DNA of 64,000 bases from an uncultured Gemmatimonadaceae bacterium (GCA_963781585.1 CAWAGQ010000004.1:256001-320000); one strand, 5' to 3'. Positions 19,001 to 28,955 are shown, counted from the first letter of the stretch. Program-made: numbers and translations. The notes: generated by a model from the letters alone, not told the origin.

Positions 19001-20371
19001 CTGGCGTTGCTCGTCGGTGATGAAGGGATTGTCGGCCAGCTCCCGCTTCAAGTCGGCGAGCGCGAGCTGCATGTCATCGACGGCGGTGGTGGTGAGCGCC
19101 GCGCGCAGCTTCTCGAATTGCTCCGCCGCCTTGTCCGCGCTCAGCTGCGTGAGCTGCGTGCGCACACCGACCGATCGGGCCTCGATGTCCGCGAAGGCCT
19201 TCGTCGTCTCCGTGGTGGGCCGCTTGATGTCCTGGAAGCGCTGGCGAAGATCGCGCATCGCGCGGTCGTAGTCGTCGAGCGATACGTTGCCCTTGGCCGC
19301 GCGCTCGGCCAGGTCGTTGAACGCGTCGGAGAGTTCGCGCGTGGCCTTCGCGGTCGCTGCCTGCTGCTCGGCCAGCGCTTTTGGATCGGCGGCCGTGATC
19401 TTGATCGCCTGACGTTCCGGCCGCTGCTGCACCCCTGGCTGCTGCACGCGGGCGACGATGTCGGCGAACTCCTCCTGCAGCGGCCGCGCCTTGTCCTCGA
19501 GCTCCTGGAGCGCCTGCTGCAGGGCGCCGAGCACGAAGATATTCCGCTGCCGGATCGCCGTATCGATCTCCGCCTTCTTGGCCGCGATCTTCTGCTCGAG
19601 GAGATCGAGGCTGTCGTCGAACTGGTTGGCCGGCGTGCCCTGACGAATGATCTGCGCGCGCGCGGTGAGGCCGGTGACATCCCCGCGGTTCTGCAGCTCG
19701 TCGAGCGCGGCCTTGGCCTTCTGCTTCGTCTCTTCGATTTCGCGGCGCGCCCGCGTGAAGAATTCGAGAATGGCCTGTCCCGCGATGGCCACGGATCCGA
19801 CGATCACGCCGCCGGAGCCGAAGGCGAAGGCGAGACTGCTCACGGTGGTGAGCAGCGTGCGTGCGGCCTGGCCACCCACCTTCCCGGTGCGGCTCATGGT
19901 TTCCGCGGCGCTGGCGATCGCGATCGCGGCGCCGGCGTATCGATCCCGAGTCACACTGGCCGCCAGTCCCTGCGCCTTGAATCCCTCGACCGCAGCGAGG
20001 CCCGCCGTGCGTTGGGCGCCGAGCGCCGGCACCAACCCGGCCGTGGCGCGCTCGATTCCGGCCGTCGCACGCGCGGCCTGCGTCTCGATCCGGATCCGCT
20101 CATCGAGCGTGAGGTTCCCCGCCTGCAGCGCCTTCTGCAGCTGCCCCTCCGCGGCCACGAGCTGCTTGAGCGATTGGGCGCGGGTGCCCTCGAGCTCCGC
20201 GCCGGCCGACAGCCGCGTGATCCGGTTCGCGATCGCGTCGATACCGGCGGCCGATTGCTTGGCCGAGACCTCGATCGAGCGGAAGGCGGTGCTCGCCTTC
20301 GCGGAGAGCTGCTCCAGCGCGCGGCTATCGGCGACCACCTCGACCATGAGCTTCTGCGGGATAGTTGCCAT
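16094..20371 (-). CDS. Phage tail tape measure-like protein (1425 aa)
   Basis: N-terminal MATIPQKLMVEVVADS; Ala/Leu/Gln-rich helical repeats; two Gly-rich hydrophobic blocks; C-terminal VFAPQITTTLNVRFDG...ELARQIRKA typical of TMP ends. Confidence 0.75.
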   Translation of the reverse strand: MATIPQKLMVEVVADSRALEQLSAKASTAFRSIEVSAKQSAAGIDAIANRITRLSAGAELEGTRAQSLKQLVAAEGQLQKALQAGNLTLDERIRIETQAARATAGIERATAGLVPALGAQRTAGLAAVEGFKAQGLAASVTRDRYAGAAIAIASAAETMSRTGKVGGQAARTLLTTVSSLAFAFGSGGVIVGSVAIAGQAILEFFTRARREIEETKQKAKAALDELQNRGDVTGLTARAQIIRQGTPANQFDDSLDLLEQKIAAKKAEIDTAIRQRNIFVLGALQQALQELEDKARPLQEEFADIVARVQQPGVQQRPERQAIKITAADPKALAEQQAATAKATRELSDAFNDLAERAAKGNVSLDDYDRAMRDLRQRFQDIKRPTTETTKAFADIEARSVGVRTQLTQLSADKAAEQFEKLRAALTTTAVDDMQLALADLKRELADNPFITDEQRQQLEDAEQSLIDTTAAIEDANKAIAKSKDIGIELPELQRQQADLADRLAALSGKGAEFDKERLTLETAIADLGQRIAKAKQDEVDAYFEGNQQAATLGQHLGDAAKAAFGIASALLGADDAITKVLGSVVQLVDGFREISSLAKSAGGLSQLFSTGGGIVSALPGLSQILGGGIALAGTIGGLFGKSPADVEHDRILKENNERLRDLRDGLVAAIQLTTTPAKTAAIRDLSLTQTRFDVGTLGGGQGRFVTGPITTSADLLAALHAAGIGLDDLKKAAQSFGVGLSNPPLVSEFKALQAAIKTFQLEQILKSWSGALKRLDIDIKAQPEAFTGWDGELKKVTATIAAATDAAAGGSSAIQQALSGLDLTTQAGRSEAITRLAGLVDNIGQLDLSQLGNLSPDEFLQAISDIIDGIHSLENAAQLAADAFSGSLDVFAVGVKYGVLSVDEATKKAVEAFTKDFPELAAQIDFSSRDAFRKSIKPIIEGMLADGILTEAEKAQLQAIGGLSDSFDAGAAAADELASHVNDAFNNIRTGFEVLGTSVSDQITQSLANFKLPEGFASLTEGLGSFNPLDPAARDELRKRLRADYAEIAKDGITAAEQPFADGITFILSLLDRADQEAADAAQRILSRSDLTIEFDHITDPIAKFAAKVDGFKAAFPAFAHLFDGIDLTTAAGVQQADDRIRRFFDDLRAGGFQLEGLTTEQIDALVAALGTLDTAAAEAANSLQSAADALSFGLHLENITDPIEKAVRTVQALGKVTPELAAVTAGADVTTAGGRAALEQQLIALGERTTDKTTQQAILQILDAIRAIPSAVSQGVTAAAGAGTEVLSGTPQLTAIQGDRLLDYQRTLVALTRQLVEFAKQDAGLPAAPAFAPIGLPRLTLGPVQPPALPSTTTAAIAMSVGRSGSVFAPQITTTLNVRFDGVPADARGAADKVSKELARQIRKAIAEINDDDLRTLGMTARA

Positions 20372-20377
20372 CGCCGG

Positions 20378-20950
20378 TCACTCCAGCGGGAGAAGGGAGG
20401 ACTGCGCTCGATTGCCGAAGATCATCAGCAGTTTCAGATAGTCCTGGACCGCCTTGAATCGCTGGAGGGCCAGGAGCGCGGTCTCGGGCCCGATCATGGC
20501 GCCCTCGTGGAGCGCCTGGGTGGCGCGCTCAAGATCGCTGATCCCCTGGTGAATCACCCGAATGCTGGCGCCGATTACGCCCGCCAAGTCGACGAGTCGC
20601 GCCTCCTCGGCCGGCGTTCGCCCGGGCCTCGCCGCCAGCCGGCGATAGTGCTCGTTCTGTTCGAGCAGGCGCCCCCCCCCGAGCTGCGCCGAGAGCCGCA
20701 TGACCCCCTCATGCCCGAGGACGGCCCCGATGGTCTTGTCGAGTGATCGGAGCGCTGAGGCCCGCTCTGCGTCGTTGAGGGTCGCATCCTCGGGCGTCGC
20801 GGGGGCCGTGAAGACCTGCCGGATCCGGCCGAGCTCCGCGAGCATCTGATCGGCGAGCTGCTCGCGGTAGGCGAAGGCGGCCTCGGTGAACTCGCGCAGC
20901 AGCGCGGGCTCGATGCCCGGAAAGATCGGCGGCGTCCGCGGCGCGATCAT
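20378..20950 (-). CDS. Helical hypothetical protein directly upstream of the TMP (tail chaperone position)
   Basis: 190 aa; GAGG-type RBS not obvious; ends 6 nt before the TMP ATG. Confidence 0.65.
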   Translation of the reverse strand: MIAPRTPPIFPGIEPALLREFTEAAFAYREQLADQMLAELGRIRQVFTAPATPEDATLNDAERASALRSLDKTIGAVLGHEGVMRLSAQLGGGRLLEQNEHYRRLAARPGRTPAEEARLVDLAGVIGASIRVIHQGISDLERATQALHEGAMIGPETALLALQRFKAVQDYLKLLMIFGNRAQSSLLPLE

Positions 20951-20988
20951 CGACCCGCGGTCGCTCGACGTCCGAGGCGCGGCCACCT

Positions 20989-21006
20989 GGTACCACGGGT
21001 GGTACC
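20989..21006. repeat. Candidate integrase arm-type site
   Basis: GGTACCACGGGTGGTACC; TGGTACCAC tandem at 20988 and 21000. Confidence 0.6.
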
Positions 21007-21092
21007 ACAACTTGCGCTGCGCACTGCCGCATCACGCCGCGTCATTCCTCGTTTTCCCCCGGAGCGGCACTTTCCCCCTCGGGGTCGACGCG

Positions 21093-21140
21093 ACTCATAA
21101 TGCCGGGGTCGTGGGTTCGAGTCCCACCCCTGCTATTCGG
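21093..21140 (+). repeat. attR core (duplicated tRNA 3' half, 48 bp)
   Basis: Identical to 3325-3372. Confidence 0.97.
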
Positions 21141-21170
21141 GAGCCGCCATCCGGTGACGGATGGCGGCTC
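21141..21170 (+). terminator. Original host tRNA terminator hairpin
   Basis: GAGCCGCCATCCG-gtga-CGGATGGCGGCTC, perfect 13 bp stem. Confidence 0.7.
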
Positions 21171-21210
21171 CGTCCTTTCCGCCCACGTTAGGCAGCCGGA
21201 AGCGCACGCG

Positions 21211-21241
21211 AAAACCCCGCCTGGACTTGCCAGGCGGGGTT
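21211..21241 (-). terminator. Rho-independent terminator for the gnd-zwf-ppgK operon
   Basis: AACCCCGCCTGG-acttg-CCAGGCGGGGTT with AAAA at 21211 (U tail on the minus strand). Confidence 0.7.
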
Positions 21242-21456
21242 GGTCCTTCGTGCCCGGCGTGCGACGTCGCGGAGGCAGCCGCGGACGCCGGGGGAAAGAC
21301 CGCCGGGTCACGATGGACCGTGTGAGACCGCCGATCGACACCGGAAGATCGCAGACCTCCACCCGAGGGACGGGACCGGTGCCCGGGTCAGCGCTGTTCC
21401 TTCGACACCGCGATCGTCGCGCGGTTCCGTTCCGACCCCTTTGGCGGCTCCGGCAG

Positions 21457-22146
21457 TCACCGGTGCCGGCGAGCCCCTCGGCGCTGATGAAATAGCGGAG
21501 GCTTCCACACGCGCATGCCTCCCAGAAACGCGTTGGCATTTTCACCCCGGCGGGCATGCGGAGGCAGCCTCCGCAGTCGTCGCGCATTTCCCCCCCCGAT
21601 GACCACGTAGTCGGACACCAGCGCCTCGCGCAGCTTGGTCGCGACCCGATGCACGTGCGCCTCCCAGCGCTTCCTCCCCATCCGCTCCAGCCCGCGCTCG
21701 CCGAGGTAGTCCTCGTAGGTCTTGCCATTCTTGTATGGAAGATGCGCCAGCTCCAGAGCGTCGACGTGGCCATCGTGCACCGCGGCGATGCCGAGGCCCG
21801 TCCCAAGGCCGAGAAACAGCATGCGCCCTCCCCGATAGCTGCCGAGGGCCTGCATCGCCGCGTCGTTGAGAATGCGCACCGGCCTGCCGAACGCGCGCTC
21901 GAAGTCGAAGCGCACCCATCCCGTCCCGAGGTTGGCCGGATCCTGCAACGGGCGCCCATGTACTACCGGCCCGGGATAGCCGATGGTCACCACGTCGTAC
22001 TTCCAGTCTCCGGTTGCCTGTCTCACGTCGCGCACCATGTCGGCCGCTGTGTACCTGGGACCCGAATCGATTTTCACCGGGTTGCGGCGTCCGGTGGCGA
22101 GCACCTTGACGTGCGACCCCCCAACGTCGATGACCAGGACTCTCAT
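21457..22146 (-). CDS. ppgK: ROK-family (polyphosphate) glucokinase
   Basis: [25 protein letters not shown] and ELAH motifs. Confidence 0.85.
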   Translation of the reverse strand: MRVLVIDVGGSHVKVLATGRRNPVKIDSGPRYTAADMVRDVRQATGDWKYDVVTIGYPGPVVHGRPLQDPANLGTGWVRFDFERAFGRPVRILNDAAMQALGSYRGGRMLFLGLGTGLGIAAVHDGHVDALELAHLPYKNGKTYEDYLGERGLERMGRKRWEAHVHRVATKLREALVSDYVVIGGGNARRLRRLPPHARRGENANAFLGGMRVWKPPLFHQRRGARRHR

Positions 22147-23519
22147 CGCGGGTCGTTCCACCCGCCGACATCGGCAGTGAGGCGATCGGCTTCACCCGGT
22201 CCCCAGCTGTTCCGGTCGTACAGGATCGGTGGAGGCGACGCGGCCAGCAGCGGATCCACGATCGCCCACGCCGCTTCCACCGCGTCCTGCCTCGCGAACA
22301 GGGTCGCGTCACCTTCCATCGCATCGCCCAGCAGGCGCGCGTAGGCGTCCATCTCATCGGTCGATGGATGCCGCAGGAACGACAGCTCGAGTGCCTCCCC
22401 CGCCATCGCCTCACCGGGTCGCTTGCCGCTGGCGCCTAACGCGATTGCCACATCGGGGCCCAGCCGGAACCGGACGTAGTTTCCCATTACCGGTGCCGCT
22501 TCGTGGAACACCACCTGCGGCGGCTCGCGCAGTTCCACTAGGACTTCGGTGGCGGTGGTTGCGAGACTCTTCCCGGCACGCACGAAAAACGGCACCCCGG
22601 ACCAGCGCCAGGATTCCACACGGAGCTGCAACGCGGCATAGGTCGGCACGTTGGAGTCGGGGGCGACGCCGGGTTCATCCCGGTACCCCCGAAACTGCCC
22701 CAGGACCAGGTGCTCGGGCGAGATCGGTGGAATGCTGCGCAGAATCTTGGCCTGCTCGTCGCGGATCGCCTCGGTGTATGAACTGCTCGGTGGTTCCATG
22801 GACAGGAATCCGACCACCTGCAGCAGGTGGTTCTGGATCACATCGCGCACCACCCCCACCTCTTCGTAGAACTTGCCGCGCCCCTCCACGCCGAACCGCT
22901 CGGCCATGGTGATCTGCACGTTCTCCACATAATGCCGGTTCCAGATCGGCTCGAGGAAGGCGTTGGCGAAGCGGAAGTAGAGCAGGTTCTGCACCGCTTC
23001 CTTGCCGAGGTAGTGATCGATGCGAAAAACATCGTCCTCGGAAAACCGGCGGTGCAGGGCCGTATTCAGCTCGCGCGCCGAGGCGAGGTCGCGGCCGAAC
23101 GGCTTTTCGACCACCACCCGCGCTCCATCCGCGCAGCCCGCCGCGCACAACCCCTCGATGACGGTCTCGAACAGCGAGGGCGGGATGGCGAGGTAATGCA
23201 GGGGACGCTGCGCGGCGCCTAACGCTTCCCGGATTCGCTGGTAGGTGGCTGGGTCCCGATAGTTGCCCTGCACGTAGCGCAACGCACCCGCCAGCGTTCC
23301 GAAGGCCGGCTCCTTTACCCCGCCGCCGAACTCCGCGATGCTCGAACGGGCACGCTCCACGAGCTGCTCGCTCGTGAACGTCGAGCTGGCGACGCCGATC
23401 ACCGGAACGCTCAGCGCACCGCGCGCGGCCATCGACTGGAGCGCCGGGAAGATCTTCTTGTACGCCAGGTCGCCGGTGGCGCCGAAGAACACCAGCGCAT
23501 CGGAGCGCGCACGGCTCAT
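22143..23519 (-). CDS. zwf: Glucose-6-phosphate 1-dehydrogenase
   Basis: [32 protein letters not shown]. Confidence 0.98.
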   Translation of the reverse strand: MSRARSDALVFFGATGDLAYKKIFPALQSMAARGALSVPVIGVASSTFTSEQLVERARSSIAEFGGGVKEPAFGTLAGALRYVQGNYRDPATYQRIREALGAAQRPLHYLAIPPSLFETVIEGLCAAGCADGARVVVEKPFGRDLASARELNTALHRRFSEDDVFRIDHYLGKEAVQNLLYFRFANAFLEPIWNRHYVENVQITMAERFGVEGRGKFYEEVGVVRDVIQNHLLQVVGFLSMEPPSSSYTEAIRDEQAKILRSIPPISPEHLVLGQFRGYRDEPGVAPDSNVPTYAALQLRVESWRWSGVPFFVRAGKSLATTATEVLVELREPPQVVFHEAAPVMGNYVRFRLGPDVAIALGASGKRPGEAMAGEALELSFLRHPSTDEMDAYARLLGDAMEGDATLFARQDAVEAAWAIVDPLLAASPPPILYDRNSWGPGEADRLTADVGGWNDPR

Positions 23520-24538
23520 GACGCGGGACGCTCGAGGTGACCGCCGAACGCGAACCGGAGCGCCGATAGCATCCGGTTCTGGAAATCGGCCTCGCCGCGC
23601 GACGAAAAGCGCTGGAACAGGGAGGCGGCCAGCACGTGCGCGGGAACCGACAGGTCGTTCGCGGCCGCGAGGGTCCAGCGCCCCTCTCCGGAGTCCGACA
23701 CGCGTCCGTCGAAGCGGTCCAGCGACGGATCCGCCGCCAGAGCCTGTGCCGAAAGGTCGAGCAGCCAGGAGGCCACCACACTGCCGCGCCGCCAGACTTC
23801 CGCGATCTCGGCGATGTCGAACTCGTATCGATAGAGGTCCGGATCGCGCAGCGGCGACGTCTCGGCGTCAGCCGGCCGCGGGTGGGCGCCTGCGCCGGCA
23901 TGGGCGAGGATGTTGAATCCCTCCGCGTAGGCCGCCATCAGTCCGTACTCAATGGCGTTGTGCACCATCTTCACGAAGTGGCCGGCGCCTGGGCCTCCGC
24001 AGTGCAGGTATCCCAGGTTGGCTGTGCCGCGCGCGGGCGGGCGCCCGGGAGTTTCCGGCGCCGCAGCCGCGCCCGGCGCCAGCGCCGCCAGAATCGGCTC
24101 CACTCGCCTCACCACCGTGCCATCTCCGCCAATCATGAGGCAGTAGCCGCGCTCCAGCCCCCACACTCCGCCGCTCACGCCACAGTCCAGGTAGTGAATG
24201 CCGCGGGCGCCGAGTCGCCTGGCGCGCTCGATGTCGTCGACAAAATGCGAATTCCCACCATCGACGACGATGTCGCCCTCGTCCAGATGCGACGCCAGCT
24301 CGTCCACCGCCGCGTCGACCGCCGCGGCTGGCACCATCATCCACACGAGCCGGGGACGGGAAAGCGCCTGGACGAACTTCTCGAGCGACGACGCGCCCAC
24401 GGCACCTTCGGACGCCAGTTTCCGGACAGACTCGGCGGCGCGGTCGTACACGACGCACTTGTGCCCCTGTCGCTGCAATCGCCGGACCATCGACGCCCCC
24501 ATGCGGCCGAGTCCGATCATCCCGAGCTCCATCTCCAC
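23516..24538 (-). CDS. gnd: Decarboxylating 6-phosphogluconate dehydrogenase (short type)
   Basis: [43 protein letters not shown]. Confidence 0.96.
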   Translation of the reverse strand: MEMELGMIGLGRMGASMVRRLQRQGHKCVVYDRAAESVRKLASEGAVGASSLEKFVQALSRPRLVWMMVPAAAVDAAVDELASHLDEGDIVVDGGNSHFVDDIERARRLGARGIHYLDCGVSGGVWGLERGYCLMIGGDGTVVRRVEPILAALAPGAAAAPETPGRPPARGTANLGYLHCGGPGAGHFVKMVHNAIEYGLMAAYAEGFNILAHAGAGAHPRPADAETSPLRDPDLYRYEFDIAEIAEVWRRGSVVASWLLDLSAQALAADPSLDRFDGRVSDSGEGRWTLAAANDLSVPAHVLAASLFQRFSSRGEADFQNRMLSALRFAFGGHLERPAS

Positions 24539-24748
24539 CTCCTGTCTTTCGGAACGCGCGCGCCACGGCTATCGCGACGACCTGCCACGCCGCCAGTCGA
24601 TTCCGCGAACCCACCCCGCGCGCCGTCCACTTCCCAATCGTTAGGTGTGCCCGACGCGCGAACCTCGCATCGACCCGGGTCGCGCCGTCTGCAGTTACCT
24701 TAATACAACGCGTGCCCCGCGGTGCGGGCCGCCCGACTCAGCAGCCTC

Positions 24749-25477
24749 ATGACCGAGCAGAACGCAGAGATCGTAGTAGCGGCGGCCCCGGTGCTGGCCG
24801 ACATCTTCGCCCGACGCTGCGCCTCCCTCGCCGCCGACGCCATCGCGGCGCGCGGTGCCTTCTCGCTCTTTCTGCCGGGTGGCTCCGTGGCGCGAGCTTT
24901 TCTGCCAGCGCTGGCGGCTGCCTCCGTGCCGTGGCGGAAGGTCGACATGTTCTGGATCGACGAGCGCGCCGTGGGCGCCAGCGATCCCGACTCCAACTTC
25001 GGGCTCGTGCGGCGACTGATCGGGGGTCGCGCCGCGATTGCGGACTCGCGCCTGCACCCCATGCATGGGGAGGCCGACGATCTCGACGCCGAAGCCGACG
25101 CGTATGCGCGGGAGCTCGAGGAGACGCTCGGCCGTCCTCCGCAGGCGGATCTCGTGCTGCTCGGCGTCGGCGAGGACGGGCACGTGTGCTCGCTCTTTCC
25201 CGGCGCGCCCGCGCTGCAGGAACGGACGCGCTGGGTTGTGGCGGTCACCGATGCCCCCAAGCCGCCGCCGCGCCGGCTAACGATCACCGTGCCGGTGCTG
25301 GAGGCTGCGCGCGCCGTCTGCGTCGCCGCCTTTGGAGGGGCCAAGGCCGGTCCCATCGCCGCTGCCATTCGCGGGCACTATCCGTCGTTGCCCCTGACGC
25401 GCGCCCTGCGCGGGGCGGGCGCAACGTGCGTGTTGCTCGACGATGAGGCGGCATCGGGGCTCGCAGCGCGGGCGTGA
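24749..25477 (+). CDS. pgl: 6-phosphogluconolactonase
   Basis: LPGGS, DER, SNF, LLGVGEDGHVCSLFP, PPRRLT. Confidence 0.93.
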   Translation: MTEQNAEIVVAAAPVLADIFARRCASLAADAIAARGAFSLFLPGGSVARAFLPALAAASVPWRKVDMFWIDERAVGASDPDSNFGLVRRLIGGRAAIADSRLHPMHGEADDLDAEADAYARELEETLGRPPQADLVLLGVGEDGHVCSLFPGAPALQERTRWVVAVTDAPKPPPRRLTITVPVLEAARAVCVAAFGGAKAGPIAAAIRGHYPSLPLTRALRGAGATCVLLDDEAASGLAARA

Positions 25478-25807
25478 TCCTGTAGCCACGTACATACCAC
25501 GGGCCGGTCTGGTTCGCGATCCAGAAGTCGCTGCCGGCGAATCGCTTCAGCCAGCCCGAGGGTCATCAACCGGGGCGGTCACGACGGGCGACCAGGGGAA
25601 TCCGCCTACGGCCCGCCGGAGCCGCAAGGGGCCAGCAATTCCCCCAAGTTGTCCCTCACCGCACCGTCGATCGGGAGACGGAAAGGACCGCTCGATCGTC
25701 AACCTTGCTGTCGCGACCCCCTTCCCATGCCGGGGGCGGCGGGTGTAAACATCTTCTCTCCACAAGCGGGCCCGTCGGTGGACGCCCCACCCCATTCCTC
25801 TCTCCGT

Positions 25808-26324
25808 ATGCCACAGCAGAATCGACACGCATCGAAGAACGGCGCGCCATCCGGCGACGTGGAGGCACCTGATCCGCGCGCCACGGCCGATCGTCTGTTT
25901 CGGACCGCGACCGAGTCGGTCCGTCAGCGAGAGCGGTACGCGCGTCTGGTGGAGAGCGGGGCGGACGAGCGGGAACAGGGCGCCGCACTCCGCGTCGCCT
26001 GCCTCTGCGACGAGATCCTGCTCGAAGAGTGTGCGCGCTTACGAGAAGCTGGCGGTCCTGAATGCAGCGCAACCGCGCGATCCGTGGTGGCACCACGCGA
26101 ATTCGCTGTGGCACGCCTGCCGGGAATACGAGCGCCGGCACCACAACTGTGAGGAGAGCGCGCGTCGGGTGAGCTCGCGCCGGGCGGAGAGGTTCGGCGA
26201 GCTGGCGCTCGAATTCGATCTGGAGGCTTCCGCGCTCCTGGCGTTGAAGCTCTCCCTGACAGGCTACCACAAGACCGCTCCCTACGCCGCATTGCCGGAG
26301 CGGCCGCCGACCTTCGTCGCCTAA
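25808..26324 (+). CDS. Conserved hypothetical helical protein split by a 1-bp frameshift near 26025
   Basis: Frame 1 ...LCDEILL joins the 26031 frame (VRAYEK...WHHANSLWHACREY...LEASALLAL) if one A is removed from CTCGAAG. Confidence 0.6.
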
Positions 26325-26658
26325 CGCGACGTCCGACGGTGGGCGTCCCGCGCCAGGCGTGGGGCCGTTCGACGCTCGTCAGTCGCCGCTCCGTCATCAC
26401 CCGCATCGCTCGGATGCGTGGGCTCGACCCTGTCGCTGGATCCCCGCCCGCGGGCGCTCGCTCCGCCGTCGGGGACCGGACGCGCGCCGGACGTCGTTTC
26501 GCAGCGTCCCCGGCCGGCTGACCCGTCACGGACTACGCTTCGGCTCGACCGGACAGCGCTGGCATGTTGCGCACCGTACGTACTCCTGTGGATCTTCGCG
26601 GTAGAGCGCGAAGCGCGCGAAATCGGCAGCGCGGCGAAACGAATCCGCGGAGCGGCGG

Positions 26659-28953
26659 TTGGACGCAATCTTCCGGTTCCTCTTCAAGTATCAGCCCGTT
26701 GTGTTCGAACGGGGGCACCTGGCGTTTGCCTGGCCACTCCCCCCACTCCTGTTGTCGCTCCTGGGAGCTGCCGCGATCGGCGTCGGAACCTGGCTCTACC
26801 TCCGACCGCGGTCGTCGCTTGCGCCGCGGGATCGGTGGAGCCTCGCGGCGTTGCGGGCCACCGCGCTCGCCGTGCTGGTGGTCTGTCTCGCCAGACCCAT
26901 TCTCGTAGTCTCCACGGCCATTCCGCAGCGAAACGTCGTCGGCGTGGTGATCGACGATTCGCGGAGCATGCGCATCCCCGATGTGCAGCAACTTCCGCGA
27001 GGCGACTACGCCTGGCACGAATTCGGAGGGCCTGACAGCGCGCTCTACAAGGCGCTGGCCAAGCGCTTTCAGGTTCGCTTCTTCCGCACCTCGGGAGCGG
27101 GAGGGCGTGCCGACGACCTCGCGGGTCTCGACTTCACCGGCGCCCGAACGCATCTCGCGACGGCGCTCCTCCGTGCCGAGGAAGAGCTGGCGGGAGCGCC
27201 GGTCGCGGGGATGATCCTGGTGTCCGACGGCGCCGACAACACCGCCACCATGCCCGGCGCGACGCCCATGCTCGAGCAGCTGCTGGGCCTCCGCGCGCGA
27301 CGGATCCCGGTGTACGCCATCGGCGTCGGCTCGCAGCGATTCGACAAGGACATAGAGGTGTCGCGCGTGGACGTGCCACGCACGGTGCTCCGGAACGCGT
27401 CACTGCTCCTGGACGCAGTCGTGACTCAGCGCGGCTACGCCGGCGCCAAGGTGCCCCTCATCGTCGAGGACTCCGGTCGCATTGTGGCGTCTCGCGAGAT
27501 TACCCTCCCGAAGGACGGCGAGGCCGCGGTGGTCAGCGTCCGGATCCCCACGAGCGAACGAGGGGCCCGGACACTGCGGGTTCGGGTGCCGAACCAGCCC
27601 AGCGAGCTGGTGCGCGAGAACAACGAGCGTTCCGCGCTCGTCGTGGTGCGTGATCGGCGGGAGAAGATCCTGTATGTCGAAGGCGAGCCCCGCCCAGAGC
27701 TGAAGTTCATCCGCCGCGCCATCGAGAACGACGAGAACCTCCAACTCGTCACGCTCCTCCGATCCGCGAAGGAGAAGTTCTATCGGATGAGCGTCGACGA
27801 CAGCCTGGAGCTGGCGACCGGTTTTCCCAAGACGCGCGAGGAGCTTTTCAGCTATCGCGGTGTGGTGTTGGGCAGTTTGGAGGCGAGCTTCTTCACGGTC
27901 GATCAGCTGCGGATGCTCTCTGATTTCGTGAGCGTGCGGGGGGGCGGCCTGTTGACCCTGGGTGGCCGGCGGGCCTACGCCGAGGGAGGCTACGCTGCGA
28001 GCGCGCTCTCTGATGCACTGCCCATCGAGCTTGGCGAGCCGGGGGAATACGCGGATTCGGGTGCCATGGAGGTGCAGGTGGTCCCCACGGCCGCGGGGGC
28101 CTCCCACCCGGCCACCCAGATCGCGTCGAGTGACTCGGCGACCGCGCGACAGTGGAAGGTGATGCCGCGGCTGACCATGGTGAACGAGATCGGGCGCCCC
28201 AAACCGGGCGCGACGGTTCTGCTGGAAGGGACGTCGGACAACGGGCGTCGAGAACCGGTATTGGCGTTTCAACGATACGGACGCGGGAAGGCGATCGCCT
28301 TTACGGCGCAGGACTCGTGGCTCTGGCAGATGCACGCCAGCATCGCGGTCGAGGACCAGTCGTTCGAGACGTTCTGGCGACAGGTGCTTCGCTGGTTGGT
28401 GAGCGACGTTCCGGACCGCGTCGATGTGCTTGCGGCAGACGGCGGCGCCGTGGACGAGGCGTCGCGGATACAGGTCATCGTCAGTGATTCCGCCTTCCTG
28501 CGCGCCAACGGTGCCTCGGTCCGCGCGGAAGTCGTGGCTCCGTCGGGCCAACGGTCGCAGCTGCCATTCGAATGGGCCACAGAGCGGGACGGTGAATACC
28601 GCGCGTCGCTCGTCCCGGCGGAGAATGGTGTGCATGAGGTGCGCGTTTCTGCCGTCCTTGGCAAGGACACGCTTCGCGCGGAACCGGCGTTCGTGCGCGT
28701 GGCCGAACCTACTGCGGAGTATTTCGGGGCACAGCTTCGACCGTCGCTGCTCCGCCAGATCGCGGACGAAACCGGTGGCAAGTACTACCCCGCGGCGGGG
28801 GCCTCACAGGTTGCCGAGGACATCGTATACAGCGCGAGCGGTGCGACCGTGGTGGAGCGCAAGGATCTCTGGGACATGCCGATCCTGTTCCTGGTACTCA
28901 TTGGAGTAGCCGCGTGTGAATGGCTGTATCGGCGTCGTCGGGGGATGGTGTAG
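26659..28953 (+). CDS. Membrane protein with VWA-like and glutamine-amidotransferase-like (DUF1355-type) domains
   Basis: N-terminal TMs, DDSRSM, SDGADN, GGGLLTLGG, YGRGK, C-terminal TM EWLYRRRRG. Confidence 0.85.
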   Translation: MDAIFRFLFKYQPVVFERGHLAFAWPLPPLLLSLLGAAAIGVGTWLYLRPRSSLAPRDRWSLAALRATALAVLVVCLARPILVVSTAIPQRNVVGVVIDDSRSMRIPDVQQLPRGDYAWHEFGGPDSALYKALAKRFQVRFFRTSGAGGRADDLAGLDFTGARTHLATALLRAEEELAGAPVAGMILVSDGADNTATMPGATPMLEQLLGLRARRIPVYAIGVGSQRFDKDIEVSRVDVPRTVLRNASLLLDAVVTQRGYAGAKVPLIVEDSGRIVASREITLPKDGEAAVVSVRIPTSERGARTLRVRVPNQPSELVRENNERSALVVVRDRREKILYVEGEPRPELKFIRRAIENDENLQLVTLLRSAKEKFYRMSVDDSLELATGFPKTREELFSYRGVVLGSLEASFFTVDQLRMLSDFVSVRGGGLLTLGGRRAYAEGGYAASALSDALPIELGEPGEYADSGAMEVQVVPTAAGASHPATQIASSDSATARQWKVMPRLTMVNEIGRPKPGATVLLEGTSDNGRREPVLAFQRYGRGKAIAFTAQDSWLWQMHASIAVEDQSFETFWRQVLRWLVSDVPDRVDVLAADGGAVDEASRIQVIVSDSAFLRANGASVRAEVVAPSGQRSQLPFEWATERDGEYRASLVPAENGVHEVRVSAVLGKDTLRAEPAFVRVAEPTAEYFGAQLRPSLLRQIADETGGKYYPAAGASQVAEDIVYSASGATVVERKDLWDMPILFLVLIGVAACEWLYRRRRGMV

Positions 28954-28955
28954 GA

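Larger units (their letters stand above)
3325..21140. mobile_element. Integrative island / probable phage satellite (~17.8 kb) inserted in tRNA-Met
   Basis: Identical 48 bp direct repeats of the tRNA 3' half at both ends; adjacent integrase; replication, regulation and packaging-like genes inside. Confidence 0.93.

Noticed and set aside
20371..20950. Programmed -1 frameshift tail-chaperone pair (lambda G/GT type) upstream of the TMP
   Set aside because: Only one ORF is present and no convincing slippery heptamer near its end; the C-run at ~20672 is mid-gene
21093..21135. Apparent third tRNA-Met
   Set aside because: Only the 3' half is present (no D arm or 5' acceptor strand); it is attR
3325..21140. 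Complete prophage or ICE
   Set aside because: No recognisable capsid, portal, TerL, lysis, relaxase or T4SS genes
21042..21959. 305-aa ORF sharing a segment with the integrase C-terminus
   Set aside because: Alternate frame of ppgK plus the attR duplicate; only the last 16 codons matter, as the excised-form integrase tail
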